This document shows positions 28,168 to 38,700 of a DNA stretch of 60,485 nt, in pieces. The notes under the pieces are model-generated. The model had not been told where the DNA came from and searched no databases. It saw only the letters and a program-made list of their open reading frames with translations. The DNA is taken from the IMG/VR virus record IMGVR_UViG_2671181056_000013, positions 1 through 60,485 of that record; one strand, written 5' to 3'. The stretch comes from a virus (Duplodnaviria > Heunggongvirae > Uroviricota > Caudoviricetes). Numbering within the stretch: position 1 is the stretch's first letter; the number at the start of each line of letters is the position of its first letter. The translations under genes were made by a program, and so were the position numbers.

Positions 28168-29742
28168 ATGGAATTGAACGACAAACAAATTAAGGATCTG
28201 GTGGCGCGACGCCACCCGGAATACGAAAAGAAAAAAGAACATTGGGACTTCCTCGCCAGCACTTACGCTGGCGGGCGTGGTTGGTTTACAGACAATATCT
28301 TTCGTTACTTTAAAGAGGGAGATCAGGAGTTTAAGGAGCGAGTTGAACGTGCTTATCGCTTCAACCACACTCGTGAGGTGGTAAACCTCATCAACAAATA
28401 TCTCTTTAAAGAAGACATTCATAGAAATATCGAAGAGGCACCAGAGCAGATCCGCAATTTCTGGAAACGTGCGACTCGCCAGAATGCCTCTATTGACTCA
28501 TTTATGGCCGCTATTGATTTGCAGTCGTCTATTTACGGTCGCATATGGGTTGTTGTCGATAGCACGATGAGTGGTGATGTTGAGTCAGTAGCTGACGAGA
28601 AAAAGAAAGATGCTCGCGCCTACGCCTACTGGATTTCACCTCAGCAAATGCTGGATGTGGCATGGGACGACGACGGGAATATGTTGTGGGCGTTAATTGT
28701 GGAAGTCGCTCGTGATGACGCAGATCCTTTTACTTCTACAGGTCAGGAATACCAACGTTATCGTCTGTGGACACAAAACGAGTGGTATCTGTTCCGTGAG
28801 GAAGTGAAGAAGGGCGCTGGTGGAGCAGGTCGCCGTCAGGCAAAAGTTATTTTAGAGGATAGCGGTGAGCATAATCTCGGCGTAGTTCCTGTGTTTCCTG
28901 TTGATTGTATTGGAGAAAGTGAATCACCGTATTTCAGCCCATCGTTGATCGATGATATCGCTTATCTTGATCGTGCGGTTGCAAACTATCTGTCAAACCT
29001 TGATGCCATTATTCAGGATCAGACATTTAGCCAGTTGGCTATACCGGTACAGTCGCTTTTACCTGGTGATGAAAACCACACTAAAGTGCTTGAAATGGGC
29101 ACAAAGCGAGTCTTCACCTACGATTCTGAAGGTGGAAACCAGCCGTTTTATCTGTCACCAGACCCGAAACAAGCTCAGATGATCATCACTACGATTAAGA
29201 CGGTGATTAACGAAATCTACCATTCAGTTGGTGTAGCTGGTGAGCGAACGAAGCAGGACAACGCACAGGGAATCGATAATTCATCTGGTGCCGCAAAAAT
29301 GTATGACTTCCAGCGTGTAAATAGCTTGCTTGTCACAAAAGCAGAGCGTCTGGAAAGGGCTGAACGCCAAATCATGCTACTGGTTGCGAAATGGATGGGG
29401 GTAGATCTGGACGAAGACCACTCTTTAATTGCGTATCCAGAAAGTTTCGATATTCGTGGCCTTACTGATGAATTTTCTGTTGCCGAGAAACTGTCATTAC
29501 TTCAGGCACCGGACTCTGTACGTCGTCACCAGATGGAAATGCTTATTGAGAAGATTTTCCCGAACATTACTGAGGCGATGAAAAAGGAATTTGATAAAGA
29601 TCTCTTGAATTTTCCTCCAAAAAATGATCTAAATACCCTTGAAAATAAGTCAGTACTTACTTATGATCGTGGTGCAGCCCAAGAAAGCGGGCAAGATCAA
29701 CCCCGAGGGAATGGGGACTCATCTACTCAAGAGAACGAGTGA
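28168..29742 (+). CDS. portal protein
   Basis: 524 aa ORF immediately after the terminase; call rests on position and size. Confidence 0.7.
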   Translation: MELNDKQIKDLVARRHPEYEKKKEHWDFLASTYAGGRGWFTDNIFRYFKEGDQEFKERVERAYRFNHTREVVNLINKYLFKEDIHRNIEEAPEQIRNFWKRATRQNASIDSFMAAIDLQSSIYGRIWVVVDSTMSGDVESVADEKKKDARAYAYWISPQQMLDVAWDDDGNMLWALIVEVARDDADPFTSTGQEYQRYRLWTQNEWYLFREEVKKGAGGAGRRQAKVILEDSGEHNLGVVPVFPVDCIGESESPYFSPSLIDDIAYLDRAVANYLSNLDAIIQDQTFSQLAIPVQSLLPGDENHTKVLEMGTKRVFTYDSEGGNQPFYLSPDPKQAQMIITTIKTVINEIYHSVGVAGERTKQDNAQGIDNSSGAAKMYDFQRVNSLLVTKAERLERAERQIMLLVAKWMGVDLDEDHSLIAYPESFDIRGLTDEFSVAEKLSLLQAPDSVRRHQMEMLIEKIFPNITEAMKKEFDKDLLNFPPKNDLNTLENKSVLTYDRGAAQESGQDQPRGNGDSSTQENE

Positions 29743-29763
29743 TAAGTAACAAAAGGAATTTTT

Positions 29764-30651
29764 ATGAATCTGTGGCAAATGCTTTTGGCCCGTCGTGGTC
29801 TGATGGATGTCGCTGAAGCGCATGAGCGTGGAGGCGCTGGCGGTGTAGCTGCTGATAATGAGCAGAGTACACAAGATCCTGACAAACAGGGTGAACAAAA
29901 AGAGCAGCCGAAGGGCGATGACGAATACGCTGGCATGACTCAGGAAGAGTTACTGGCCGAACTTCGTAAAACCAAGAAAGCTGGTGCTGAACTGCTGAAG
30001 GAGAACATGAAGCGCAAAGAGAAAGAGCGCACATTGGCCGATCAGCTTGCTCAGTACGGTGATATCGACCCGGCGCGTGCTCGCCAGCTTTTAGAGGCTG
30101 AACAGGCCGCAGAAAACACACGTCGTGAGGCGGAGCAAGCTGAACTGGAGCGTCGTGGTGAGTTCGATGCTGTTAAAAAACAGATGATCGAAGCACACCA
30201 GGCAGAGCTGGCACAGCGTGACGAACGTTATGCAGCACTGGAAAGTGAAAACGCATCACTGAAATCTCAATTAGTTGAGATGACCGTTGGCGCGTCATTT
30301 AGTAATTCTGCCTTCCTTCGTGACAAAGTTCTAATGACTCCCGCGAAAGCTCGCGTGATCTACGGTTCTCATTTTGAAGTCGGTGATGACGGTAGCGTAG
30401 TGGGTTATGACAAACCGGCAGGCCACAAAGATCGAGCTGTTCTGGTTGACGGTGAAGGAAACACGTTGTCATTTGAATCTGCGATTGAACGCATTGTGCG
30501 GGCAGATCCAGAGGCTGACGCAGTCATGCGCAGCGAAGCCAAACAGGGTGCTGGTTCTAATAGCAAACCAACCCATAAGGTAGTCCAACAGAAGTCTAAG
30601 TCGACGATGGACAAGTTGACCTCTGGTCTTGGGAAAATTGGACTTAAGTAA
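29764..30651 (+). CDS. putative scaffolding protein
   Basis: Charged, Ala/Glu/Lys-rich coiled-coil-like sequence between portal and capsid genes. Confidence 0.55.
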   Translation: MNLWQMLLARRGLMDVAEAHERGGAGGVAADNEQSTQDPDKQGEQKEQPKGDDEYAGMTQEELLAELRKTKKAGAELLKENMKRKEKERTLADQLAQYGDIDPARARQLLEAEQAAENTRREAEQAELERRGEFDAVKKQMIEAHQAELAQRDERYAALESENASLKSQLVEMTVGASFSNSAFLRDKVLMTPAKARVIYGSHFEVGDDGSVVGYDKPAGHKDRAVLVDGEGNTLSFESAIERIVRADPEADAVMRSEAKQGAGSNSKPTHKVVQQKSKSTMDKLTSGLGKIGLK

Positions 30652-30676
30652 CATCTAAATCAAAGGGAATTGATAG

Positions 30677-31597
30677 ATGCCATTACTGCGTGAAGAAGCT
30701 GAAAAGCTATCCAATAATGAACTTGAACAGGGTGTGATCGAAACTATCATCGATCGCGATGACCTGTTTGCGATTCTGCCTTTTATGAAGATTAACTCGA
30801 AGGCATATCTTTATAATCGCGAAGCAACGCTTAGTGAAGCGACCTTTATTGATGTAAACGATACTATTGCGGAAGGCGCAGCAACATTCAGCGAACATGT
30901 TGCAAAACTGCGTATTCTGGCTGGTGACGTTGACGTTGATAAATTCTTAGCAACAACTATGTCCGATACTAACAATCAGTTGGCTGTTCAGGTTCGCCAG
31001 AAAGTTAAAGGTCTGGCTCGTGCATTCCGTCGAAATCTGATCTTGGGTAATTCTGAAACTAATACCAAAGCGTTTGATGGTATTCCGCGTCTGATGCACA
31101 AAGATCAGAAGATCGACATTGCTGGTGCATCTATGACTTTCTCTATGTTCGACGAGCTGGTCGATGCGGTGAAAGATTTGGGCGCTGACTGCATCATGAT
31201 GCGTTCAGAGCACCTGCGTGCTTACCGTGCGCTGCTGCGTACAGTAAACGTAGGCCCGTCTGAAATCATGATGGAGAACTTCGGTCGTCCTATGCTGTGC
31301 CATAATGGTATTCCATTTATTGTTAACGACTTCATTCCTAAAAATGGGGTTAAAGTTACTGAAGATTCAGAGCAGAAAACGGAAGGCCAGGAAGGCACTG
31401 CTAACATTTATTGTCTGCATTTGTCAGAAGAAAATGGTCTTACCGGTCTGTATGGCGGTGACAATGCTGGTATCGTTGTGGAGAACATTGGCACGGTACA
31501 GAATAAAGATGCAGTACGTACTCGTGTGAAATGGTACTGCTCTCTGGCGAATAAGCACGATAAGGCTATCGCTGCACTGAACAATGTAAAAATTTAA
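30677..31597 (+). CDS. putative major capsid protein
   Basis: 306 aa ORF after the scaffold gene, followed by a strong terminator as is usual for capsid genes. Confidence 0.65.
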   Translation: MPLLREEAEKLSNNELEQGVIETIIDRDDLFAILPFMKINSKAYLYNREATLSEATFIDVNDTIAEGAATFSEHVAKLRILAGDVDVDKFLATTMSDTNNQLAVQVRQKVKGLARAFRRNLILGNSETNTKAFDGIPRLMHKDQKIDIAGASMTFSMFDELVDAVKDLGADCIMMRSEHLRAYRALLRTVNVGPSEIMMENFGRPMLCHNGIPFIVNDFIPKNGVKVTEDSEQKTEGQEGTANIYCLHLSEENGLTGLYGGDNAGIVVENIGTVQNKDAVRTRVKWYCSLANKHDKAIAALNNVKI

Positions 31598-31630
31598 CTA
31601 AAATAATAGGTGTGTAATTACCTATGCTTA

Positions 31631-31658
31631 AGGGTGGGCTATACGCCCACCCTTTTTG
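31631..31658 (+). terminator. strong intrinsic terminator (AGGGTGGGC-TATAC-GCCCACCCT plus T5)
   Basis: Perfect 9-bp stem followed by TTTTT. Confidence 0.75.
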
Positions 31659-31694
31659 TAGGTTTTAAATATGCCTGTATAGCGAGAAAGCGTA

Positions 31695-32129
31695 ATGAAA
31701 CCAGCAAAAATTCGTTTATTGGAACCGCAATTTTCTGATTATTCGGGAATGTTGTGTGGAGTTAAGTTTGAGAATGGGGTATCCGTTTCCGAGTTACCTT
31801 TTATCGACCAGCAGAGGATTTGTGCATCAATGCGCGCATCAACTGTTGAGGGTAAAAACGTTTCTCCATCTGCTGCATATGGCGAACGTAATGATCTGAA
31901 CGTAGATCAGATTGTTGAGCCATCAGCACCTGACATTGTTCCAATGAAGCGCGGAACGGCAGATGAACCAGCTAAACCAATTCAAACTTTCACACGGGAA
32001 GAACTGGAGTCAATTGCTGATAGTGAGGGTATTGCCGGTTTACGTTTAATTGGGAATAAGATTGGTGTTAAGGCGAAAGGAATTGTCGAAATGATTGACG
32101 GCATCATGAAAGCACAAGGCGGTGAGTAA
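31695..32129 (+). CDS. head-associated hypothetical protein (144 aa)
   Basis: Position in the structural module only. Confidence 0.5.
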   Translation: MKPAKIRLLEPQFSDYSGMLCGVKFENGVSVSELPFIDQQRICASMRASTVEGKNVSPSAAYGERNDLNVDQIVEPSAPDIVPMKRGTADEPAKPIQTFTREELESIADSEGIAGLRLIGNKIGVKAKGIVEMIDGIMKAQGGE

Positions 32130-32962
32130 TGGCGCAGATCGACTCGTATCGTAGCGGTGAAGCTGTTTCTCTTTCATTTGCCTTCAACGTGCTGGATATC
32201 GAATCTGCCACCTACACAGTAAAGGACAGCACCGGGGCTATTCTCGTTGATGGCGAGCCGCTAGAAATTACCAGCGGTCAAATGTCGATTCCGGTTGTCG
32301 TGTCGGCTGAATATAACCAGCTCTCTGAGAAAGAACGAGATCTGCGGTACGTCATTGTGAAGGCTGTTGCATCGGGCCTTACGCATGAAGAGCGTCAAAT
32401 GTATGTTCTGCTGAATACTTTTGAACTGTCGATACCAGAACAGTCGTTTGCAACTGTCGCTGATGCTCAAATGCAGGCGATCGATATGCTGAATGGGGAC
32501 ACTTTGCTGTCGGATGGTGAAGGCTTAATGCGCAAGCGTCTCATTGAGGCTACAAGACGTATTAAAACTTTACCGTTCTCAATCCGCAAAATTCTACGTA
32601 TCGACTTTGACCGATACGATCGCCCTCAAAATATGCTGAATGTGTATGACATTCCGTGGGGAGCAGATGGAGCGTACCGGCATGATTTAGTCGATTGGGA
32701 AAAGATGACTCAGGAGAAGTTTGAAGAGTTCCCTGACTACTTCAAAGAAGCGTTAATGCTAGCCGTTGTTAATGAAGCGTGTGAGATAGCAAATGGCAAT
32801 GATATCGTCGCAGCACGAGAGGATGGCATTTTGTCAGAATCGATCGGTGAAACGACCAACATGTATCGTACAGGTAAATCAGCAAACGTGCATGTTGCTC
32901 GCAGCACCTGGCGTTTACTGATCCGTTATATAGACAATCGTATGATTGTTCGACGTTCGTAA
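32129..32962 (+). CDS. hypothetical structural protein (277 aa)
   Basis: Position; start overlaps the previous stop. Confidence 0.5.
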   Translation: MAQIDSYRSGEAVSLSFAFNVLDIESATYTVKDSTGAILVDGEPLEITSGQMSIPVVVSAEYNQLSEKERDLRYVIVKAVASGLTHEERQMYVLLNTFELSIPEQSFATVADAQMQAIDMLNGDTLLSDGEGLMRKRLIEATRRIKTLPFSIRKILRIDFDRYDRPQNMLNVYDIPWGADGAYRHDLVDWEKMTQEKFEEFPDYFKEALMLAVVNEACEIANGNDIVAAREDGILSESIGETTNMYRTGKSANVHVARSTWRLLIRYIDNRMIVRRS

Positions 32963-33033
32963 TGTCTTTCTCATTATTTGGTTTTGGAAGCAATAGTTTT
33001 GGCTGGCAATGAGATCGACAACAGGGAGAGAGC

Positions 33034-33378
33034 GTGAATATTTCATGGCAAACAGAAATTGCGATCTACCGCTTTGGCACAAAGAACGTCTACGGTGAAG
33101 CGCAATTGCAGTTCGTCAGGAAGACGAATGTCGGTGTAGTTAAATTCGAACAGAGTAATGAGAAATCGTCAGTTCGTGCTGATAGCTCTGGTAGTCGTGG
33201 CAAGGCGAGTCTGGAGCTGTTTGATGCTGTGTTAGTTGTCCCTTTGGAATCGGCTGTACAACTTGATGATGTACTGATCCTTGAAGGTCAAAAATTAAAG
33301 GTGTCCAGTGTTCATCGCCGCTGGGGGCTACGAGGAAGACCTGGGCATCTTGAAGTAGGGGCGAATATATGGGTCTGA
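33034..33378 (+). CDS. hypothetical head-tail joining region protein (114 aa)
   Basis: Position. Confidence 0.5.
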   Translation: MNISWQTEIAIYRFGTKNVYGEAQLQFVRKTNVGVVKFEQSNEKSSVRADSSGSRGKASLELFDAVLVVPLESAVQLDDVLILEGQKLKVSSVHRRWGLRGRPGHLEVGANIWV

Positions 33379-33842
33379 AATACGATGCGCATCAGTTCAA
33401 ACGTGCGGGGAATAGACTCAACAACAGCCAGAAAGCATTTAAGCGATATCTTATTCGGGATATGGAAAAGCTGGCGCGTTTGGTTGAGCGCCTCAGCCGT
33501 GCAATGGCCCCGCTGGAAACCGGATCTCTGGAGACAGCCATCTTTGCTAGGGTGATTAAAGAAGGTTATTCAGGGCTGCGCATTGAGCTTTCTGTGTCTG
33601 GAGCAAAGCCACGTCAGGGGCATCCTGGCGTAGAAGTAGGTGACTATGCTAAGTACATGGAGCTGGGCAAATACCGTCTCGGTTATCTTTCTCGAATGAA
33701 GAACGTGACAAACCCACCAATTGAAGGTGTAAAACCTCGTGTTGGTCCACACTTTCTGGAAAGAGCGGTGGAAATTAGCGAGAAGCAGTTCTCCGAAGCG
33801 ATTCTTGAGGCTGCCAAAAAAGCCGGGTTTACGAGAGGTTAA
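33369..33842 (+). CDS. hypothetical head-tail joining region protein (157 aa)
   Basis: Position; overlaps the previous gene by 10 nt. Confidence 0.5.
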   Translation: MGLKYDAHQFKRAGNRLNNSQKAFKRYLIRDMEKLARLVERLSRAMAPLETGSLETAIFARVIKEGYSGLRIELSVSGAKPRQGHPGVEVGDYAKYMELGKYRLGYLSRMKNVTNPPIEGVKPRVGPHFLERAVEISEKQFSEAILEAAKKAGFTRG

Positions 33843-33843
33843 T

Positions 33844-34227
33844 GTGTTTATTGAAGCATTTGCAAATTTGATGCAGAAGGCAAAGATTGGCACGGTAGGG
33901 ACAGACATTTTCTGTCATTACTTACCTGCCTATGTCAAATCCGGTGTCCTGCTTATTAACCCAAATACCGGTATCAGTATCGATCATGAGTTACAGGGCT
34001 TTTATCATGAGTCGTTCACAATCATTGTGCGTGGCTCGTCAATTACAACGACTATTGAGAAAGCGCGTAAGATCATTGATATGTTTCCCGTAGAGGAAAC
34101 GGAATCTGGAGAGGTCTATTTTCGACTTGTACGGCCTATGGCTATGCCTGTCGTTTATCCGAAAAATGATGGATCGTTAATAGAAGCCGGTATTCCAGTT
34201 GAATTTGCTGGCTATTTATTGAATTAA
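33844..34227 (+). CDS. hypothetical tail-completion-region protein (about 127 aa, GTG start)
   Basis: GTG at 33844 with a GAGAGG RBS right after the upstream stop; the ORF-track start at 33739 would overlap the previous gene by about 100 nt. Confidence 0.45.
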   Translation: MFIEAFANLMQKAKIGTVGTDIFCHYLPAYVKSGVLLINPNTGISIDHELQGFYHESFTIIVRGSSITTTIEKARKIIDMFPVEETESGEVYFRLVRPMAMPVVYPKNDGSLIEAGIPVEFAGYLLN

Positions 34228-34300
34228 ATAAATAGGTAAGTATATACTTAAATATAGCGCAATGAATGCGTGAAATTAACGGAAAAAGGAGTTTCCATCA

Positions 34301-35038
34301 ATGTCTAATACCCATGTAAAAAACATCAAGCTTGGTGCCTGCAAGGTATCATTTGGTGGTGTGGATCTGGGTTACACCAAAGGTGGTGTTCAGGTTGAAG
34401 TAGCCACTGAAACGCTTAAAGTTACAGTCGATCAACAAGGTCAGACAGTAATCTCTGAATTGGTTCAGGGGCGTAACATTACCATTACCGCACCTCTGGC
34501 CGAGTCTGTGCTCAAAAACATGGTCGATCTTATGCCTGGTTCTACTTTGAGCGAAGATGACAACTCCGTCACCATCACATCTGCACAGGGCGTAAATCTG
34601 ATCAACGTGGCGAAGGAACTCGTCCTGACACCGCAGGACACCACCGACTATGTGTTGACGCTCCCGAAAGCGGCAACCGCTGGCAACTTCACTATGTCCT
34701 ACCAGTCTGATGATGTACGTGTGTTCTCTGTTCAGTTCAACGCGTACCCTGATGATGAGGGGGTTCTTGGCAAAATGAGTGGCCCAAAACCGGTGAAAAA
34801 CGTGACGATTACACCTGAATCTCCGAGTGTAAAGGTCGGGGCGACAGTTCAACTGACTGCTAATTTCACCCCAGATGATGTAGTTGATAAAACAGGCGTA
34901 TGGTCATCTGATAATAAAAAAGCCACTGTTGATCACACTGGTCTTGTGCGTGGTGTGGAACAAGGTTCTGCAAACATATCATTCACCAGCAATAGCGGTA
35001 GCAAGAAAGTAACCAAATTAGTGACGGTTAATCAATAA
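34301..35038 (+). CDS. major tail protein with C-terminal Ig-like (Big_2-type) domain
   Basis: The C-terminal roughly 80 aa match the Big_2 pattern (VTITPESPSVKVGATVQLTA...VWSSDNKKATVD...); lies just upstream of the chaperone and tape-measure genes. Confidence 0.75.
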   Translation: MSNTHVKNIKLGACKVSFGGVDLGYTKGGVQVEVATETLKVTVDQQGQTVISELVQGRNITITAPLAESVLKNMVDLMPGSTLSEDDNSVTITSAQGVNLINVAKELVLTPQDTTDYVLTLPKAATAGNFTMSYQSDDVRVFSVQFNAYPDDEGVLGKMSGPKPVKNVTITPESPSVKVGATVQLTANFTPDDVVDKTGVWSSDNKKATVDHTGLVRGVEQGSANISFTSNSGSKKVTKLVTVNQ

Positions 35039-35064
35039 TCAAGCAACTTATTAATCTATAAATT

Positions 35065-35090
35065 GAGGCTCATGATGGGCCTCTCTTTTA
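35065..35090 (+). terminator. intrinsic terminator-like hairpin (GAGGC...GCCTC plus T-rich tail)
   Basis: Hairpin plus TCTTTT after the major tail gene. Confidence 0.55.
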
Positions 35091-35105
35091 AAAGGATTTT
35101 AACAA

Positions 35106-35423
35106 ATGACAAAATTACTCGATCTCGACTCCATCCTACCTCCTAAAAAAAGTGTCAAATTTGGCGGCCAGGAATATCCCATCGTTGAAATGACGGTAGG
35201 TCTGTTCGTTTCCATTAAGCAGATGGAAGGTAAAGATCTGACCAATATGTCTCCTGTTGAGCAAGTGACAGCTTATGCAGATCTGGTTCGCAAGGTTATC
35301 CCTTCAGTGCCCGACGAAGTTCTTGAAAAACTGACTGTTCCGCAACTTCAGCAGATCTTCACCTTCGCTATGGAAGTGATTGATGAAGAAAACGAAAAAG
35401 CGGCTGGCGAAGGGGCAAAGTAA
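35106..35423 (+). CDS. tail assembly chaperone (lambda G-like)
   Basis: Small acidic protein immediately upstream of the tape measure. Confidence 0.6.
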   Translation: MTKLLDLDSILPPKKSVKFGGQEYPIVEMTVGLFVSIKQMEGKDLTNMSPVEQVTAYADLVRKVIPSVPDEVLEKLTVPQLQQIFTFAMEVIDEENEKAAGEGAK

Positions 35424-35773
35424 TTTCCCGCGATGAATCCGGGACAAGGACCGTCTCAATAGATCTCGGATTCTATTTCAGTCGTATAGTTGCTCACTAC
35501 GCCGTGTCGCCGTTAGAACTACTGAACATCCCTCTCACGATGTTCTGGATGCTCAGTCGCAACATCGACCGTCTACGTGCGGAAGAGGATGTCCGCAACC
35601 TGCAAGTCGCTCGCGCTGCTCAGGCAGATGGCGAGGGCGTGAAGGCGTTCATGGAGGGTTTGCAACTCAGGATTGGAAGACCAGTCGTAACAGATAAAGT
35701 CTACGATCCAAGCCAGGATAGGGCAGACCCTGACGCCAAAGAGCAACTGATGCAAATATTTGGCAGAGGATGA
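35387..35773 (+). other. -1-frame open segment overlapping the chaperone 3' end: candidate frameshift extension (G-T-like)
   Basis: The frame is open from 35387 to 35773 with no stop, overlapping the chaperone's last 36 nt; an A-rich stretch GAAAACGAAAAAG lies in the overlap. No canonical slippery heptamer identified. Confidence 0.45.
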
Positions 35774-38700
35774 CAAGGGAATGTCACAAAACGTAGAGTT
35801 TATCCTGTCGCTGGAAGACAAACAGTTTACAGCGTCAATCGATCGTGCGGGAAAACTGCTTACTCGATTTGGTGAGCAGGTAACAAAGCCTGCTCAAAAA
35901 ATCCAAACCTTTGAACGCTCTTTGGGTTCGGTCGCCCGTATCATTGGCGTTCTGGAAAGCAAGCTCGATTCTACGGCAGATAAACTACAGGATGTAGCTG
36001 TCGGTTTTGAGCTTGCTTCAGATGCTACGCGTAAAATGCGTGGCAACATCACCAGCCTCAATTCTGGTCTTAAAGCTCTGATTGAGCGCGTCGATACGAC
36101 AACTTCTTCAGTAGATAAACTCACCGCGTCATTACGTAAAGTGCAATCAGAGCTAAATGATTTCTCTGACTGGGCGACCTATGCAAGCAAAAGCGCAAGC
36201 CGTTTTGGTACGGAGGTCAAAGAAGCCTCTGCGTCCGTGAGTGGCATGAATACGCGCCTTAACACCACGACGAAGCGACTCAGTAATTGGGGTGTGACAA
36301 CAAGCCAGGCTGCCGAGGGACTAAAAAAAGTTCGTGAGCAGATGGACGAAGTTATCGGACGTCAGCAACTCATTAACAAGCCTGTACGCGTTCGCACATC
36401 AGGAAGCGGAAATGGTGGGGGTAGCGGTGGACGTGGTGGTTACTCTTGGCATATCGGTAAAAATAACGAAGGCAGTATGTTCTCTGGCCTTCGTGGCAAC
36501 ATTTTCCTGCTTGGTGAGATCGGAGATGCTGCAAGAACCGTCACCAGTATCATGTTTGGTTGGCAGAAGCCTATTATTGAAGCTGCGGCCGAAATGGAAC
36601 GTATGCGGGTGATGCTTCGAGGGTTGAATAAGGAGAAGTCCAACCCGGGCCAGGCTGCCGCTGATGATATGAAGTACATCGTAGACATGGCTCAAAATGC
36701 GCCGTTCGCGATGCAGGCGTTAACAGACTCCTTCGTGAAGTTTCGTTCTGCTGGCTTAGATCCAACCGATGGTTCTCTGAAGGCGCTGGTGGACTCCGTT
36801 GCTCGTTTTGGTGGTGATAGTGAGCTGTTGAAACGTGCGGCTGTGGCCGTTCAGCAGATGTCCGGTAAGGGCGTTGTGTCAATGGAAGAGCTACGTCAGC
36901 AATTAGGTGAAGCCGTTCCTAACGCGATGCAGGCAATGGCAGACGCCGCAGGCATCACTATGGGGGAACTGACTAAAGCCGTTGCCAGCGGTACGGTTGA
37001 GGCAAAACAGGCGTTGTCTCTGATGTTTGTTGGTCTGCGTGCGGAGAATGAGAACGCAGCGAAAGACATGATGCAAACCTACACAGGTGCGCTGGCGCAA
37101 CTTCAGACGTCATTCACGTTATTTGCTGATCGGGTTGGTCAGGCCGGATATCTGGATTCTCTATCGAAGGGGATGAAAGAACTGGCTTCAATCATGAATA
37201 GCGCCGAAGGGATTTCGTTTGCCAATTCTTTAGGTTCGGGGTTAACGACGGCAATCGATGGGTTGCGTCAGCTTGCTCAATGGTTAGCAAAGAACCAAGA
37301 GCTGGTAATTAATCTCGGTAAGGTCGTGGCCGCGATGGTTGCGTTCAAACTGATGCGAGCAGGGATCATGGGAGTAGTTGGCGCAGGCAGCAAGATGGTT
37401 AGCACCTTTGCCACGATGGCGACCGCCATACAGACTCCATTTAACCTCGGCGCTACAGCAGTAACTCGATTCAATCGTGCGGCACGTATGGGGCTGGCTC
37501 CGATCCCCTCTCTTATTTTCGCCATCCGTGGGGCGATTACGGGGCTTAAAGGCGCTTTTGCTGGATTAACGGCGTTCATTGCAGCAAATCCTATAGGGGC
37601 AGCATTTACAGTTGCCACTGTAGCTGTTGCTGGCCTAATCACGTACATGACCATGCTCCGCAGCGAAACTTCAAAGGTCGTTGACGAGATTAGGAAAATA
37701 CCAGAGGCGATGACGGCGGCCAAACGTGCACAAATGGCCGACCGCGCAGAAAAGCTCGAAAAGCAGATTCTTGCTGATCAACGAGCATTAAAAACTGGTG
37801 AGGGTGTTAATTACGTATCTAACTCTGCCGGTGTTATTACTCACAAAGAGTCGAAGGCTGACATCGAAGCACGCCTGAAAAAAAATCAGGAAGAGTATCA
37901 AAAGATAACCGGCACGATAGCTCTTGGTGACGGCGCTGTAGCAAAGCGTTTGGCTAAAGAGGCTGCCGAATCTCAGATTGAGAAAATTCGAGCGGAAAAC
38001 CAGATTTTCGCGGCAACATTCGTGAAAGCCCGGCAGGAGGCTCTGGATAAGATCCAGAAAATCAATGATGACGGTTCACTTTCAGATGACGAAAAGAACA
38101 AGCTATTGGCACCGTTACGTGAAACGGTAAACAAAAGCTATCTGGAGCCTGCGCAAAAACTGGTTGATTCATTTTCTTCTCGTAAGAATGCTACCGAGAA
38201 GCAAATAGCGACTCTTAATGATCAGCTTGAAAAAGCCAAAAAGGATGGAAATACCGAGCAAATCCAGAAACTGCAAGGCAGTATCCGTGGTTATCAGGAG
38301 CATTTGGAAGCCGTTGCTCAGGAACTGACACAGGCAGAGTTCGAGAGAGATAACGCGGCCAAAACTGGTAAGGGCGTAATGTCAAACCAGGGGACTGTTC
38401 TTGGGTTAGGTACAACTGATAAAGCTGCTCAGAAGGCGCTGGCGCAATATATGCGAAACCAGATGGATTCTGCGACTTATCAACGTACTTTGCCTGACGG
38501 CACTCCGATGATGGACTTCGAAGGTAAGCCGATTATTGGGCCTAAACAACTCAAGACGCAGCTTAATTTGCAGAAAGCATCCAGTGCCAGCTCTCTGGAG
38601 AAAATGAGCGATGAAGAGCGTGCCGCAGCCATTGCCGCACTGACTAAAGCTCGTGAACAGGATGCCGCAGCCGCCGAGAAAGCAGCCCAACGATCAGCTA

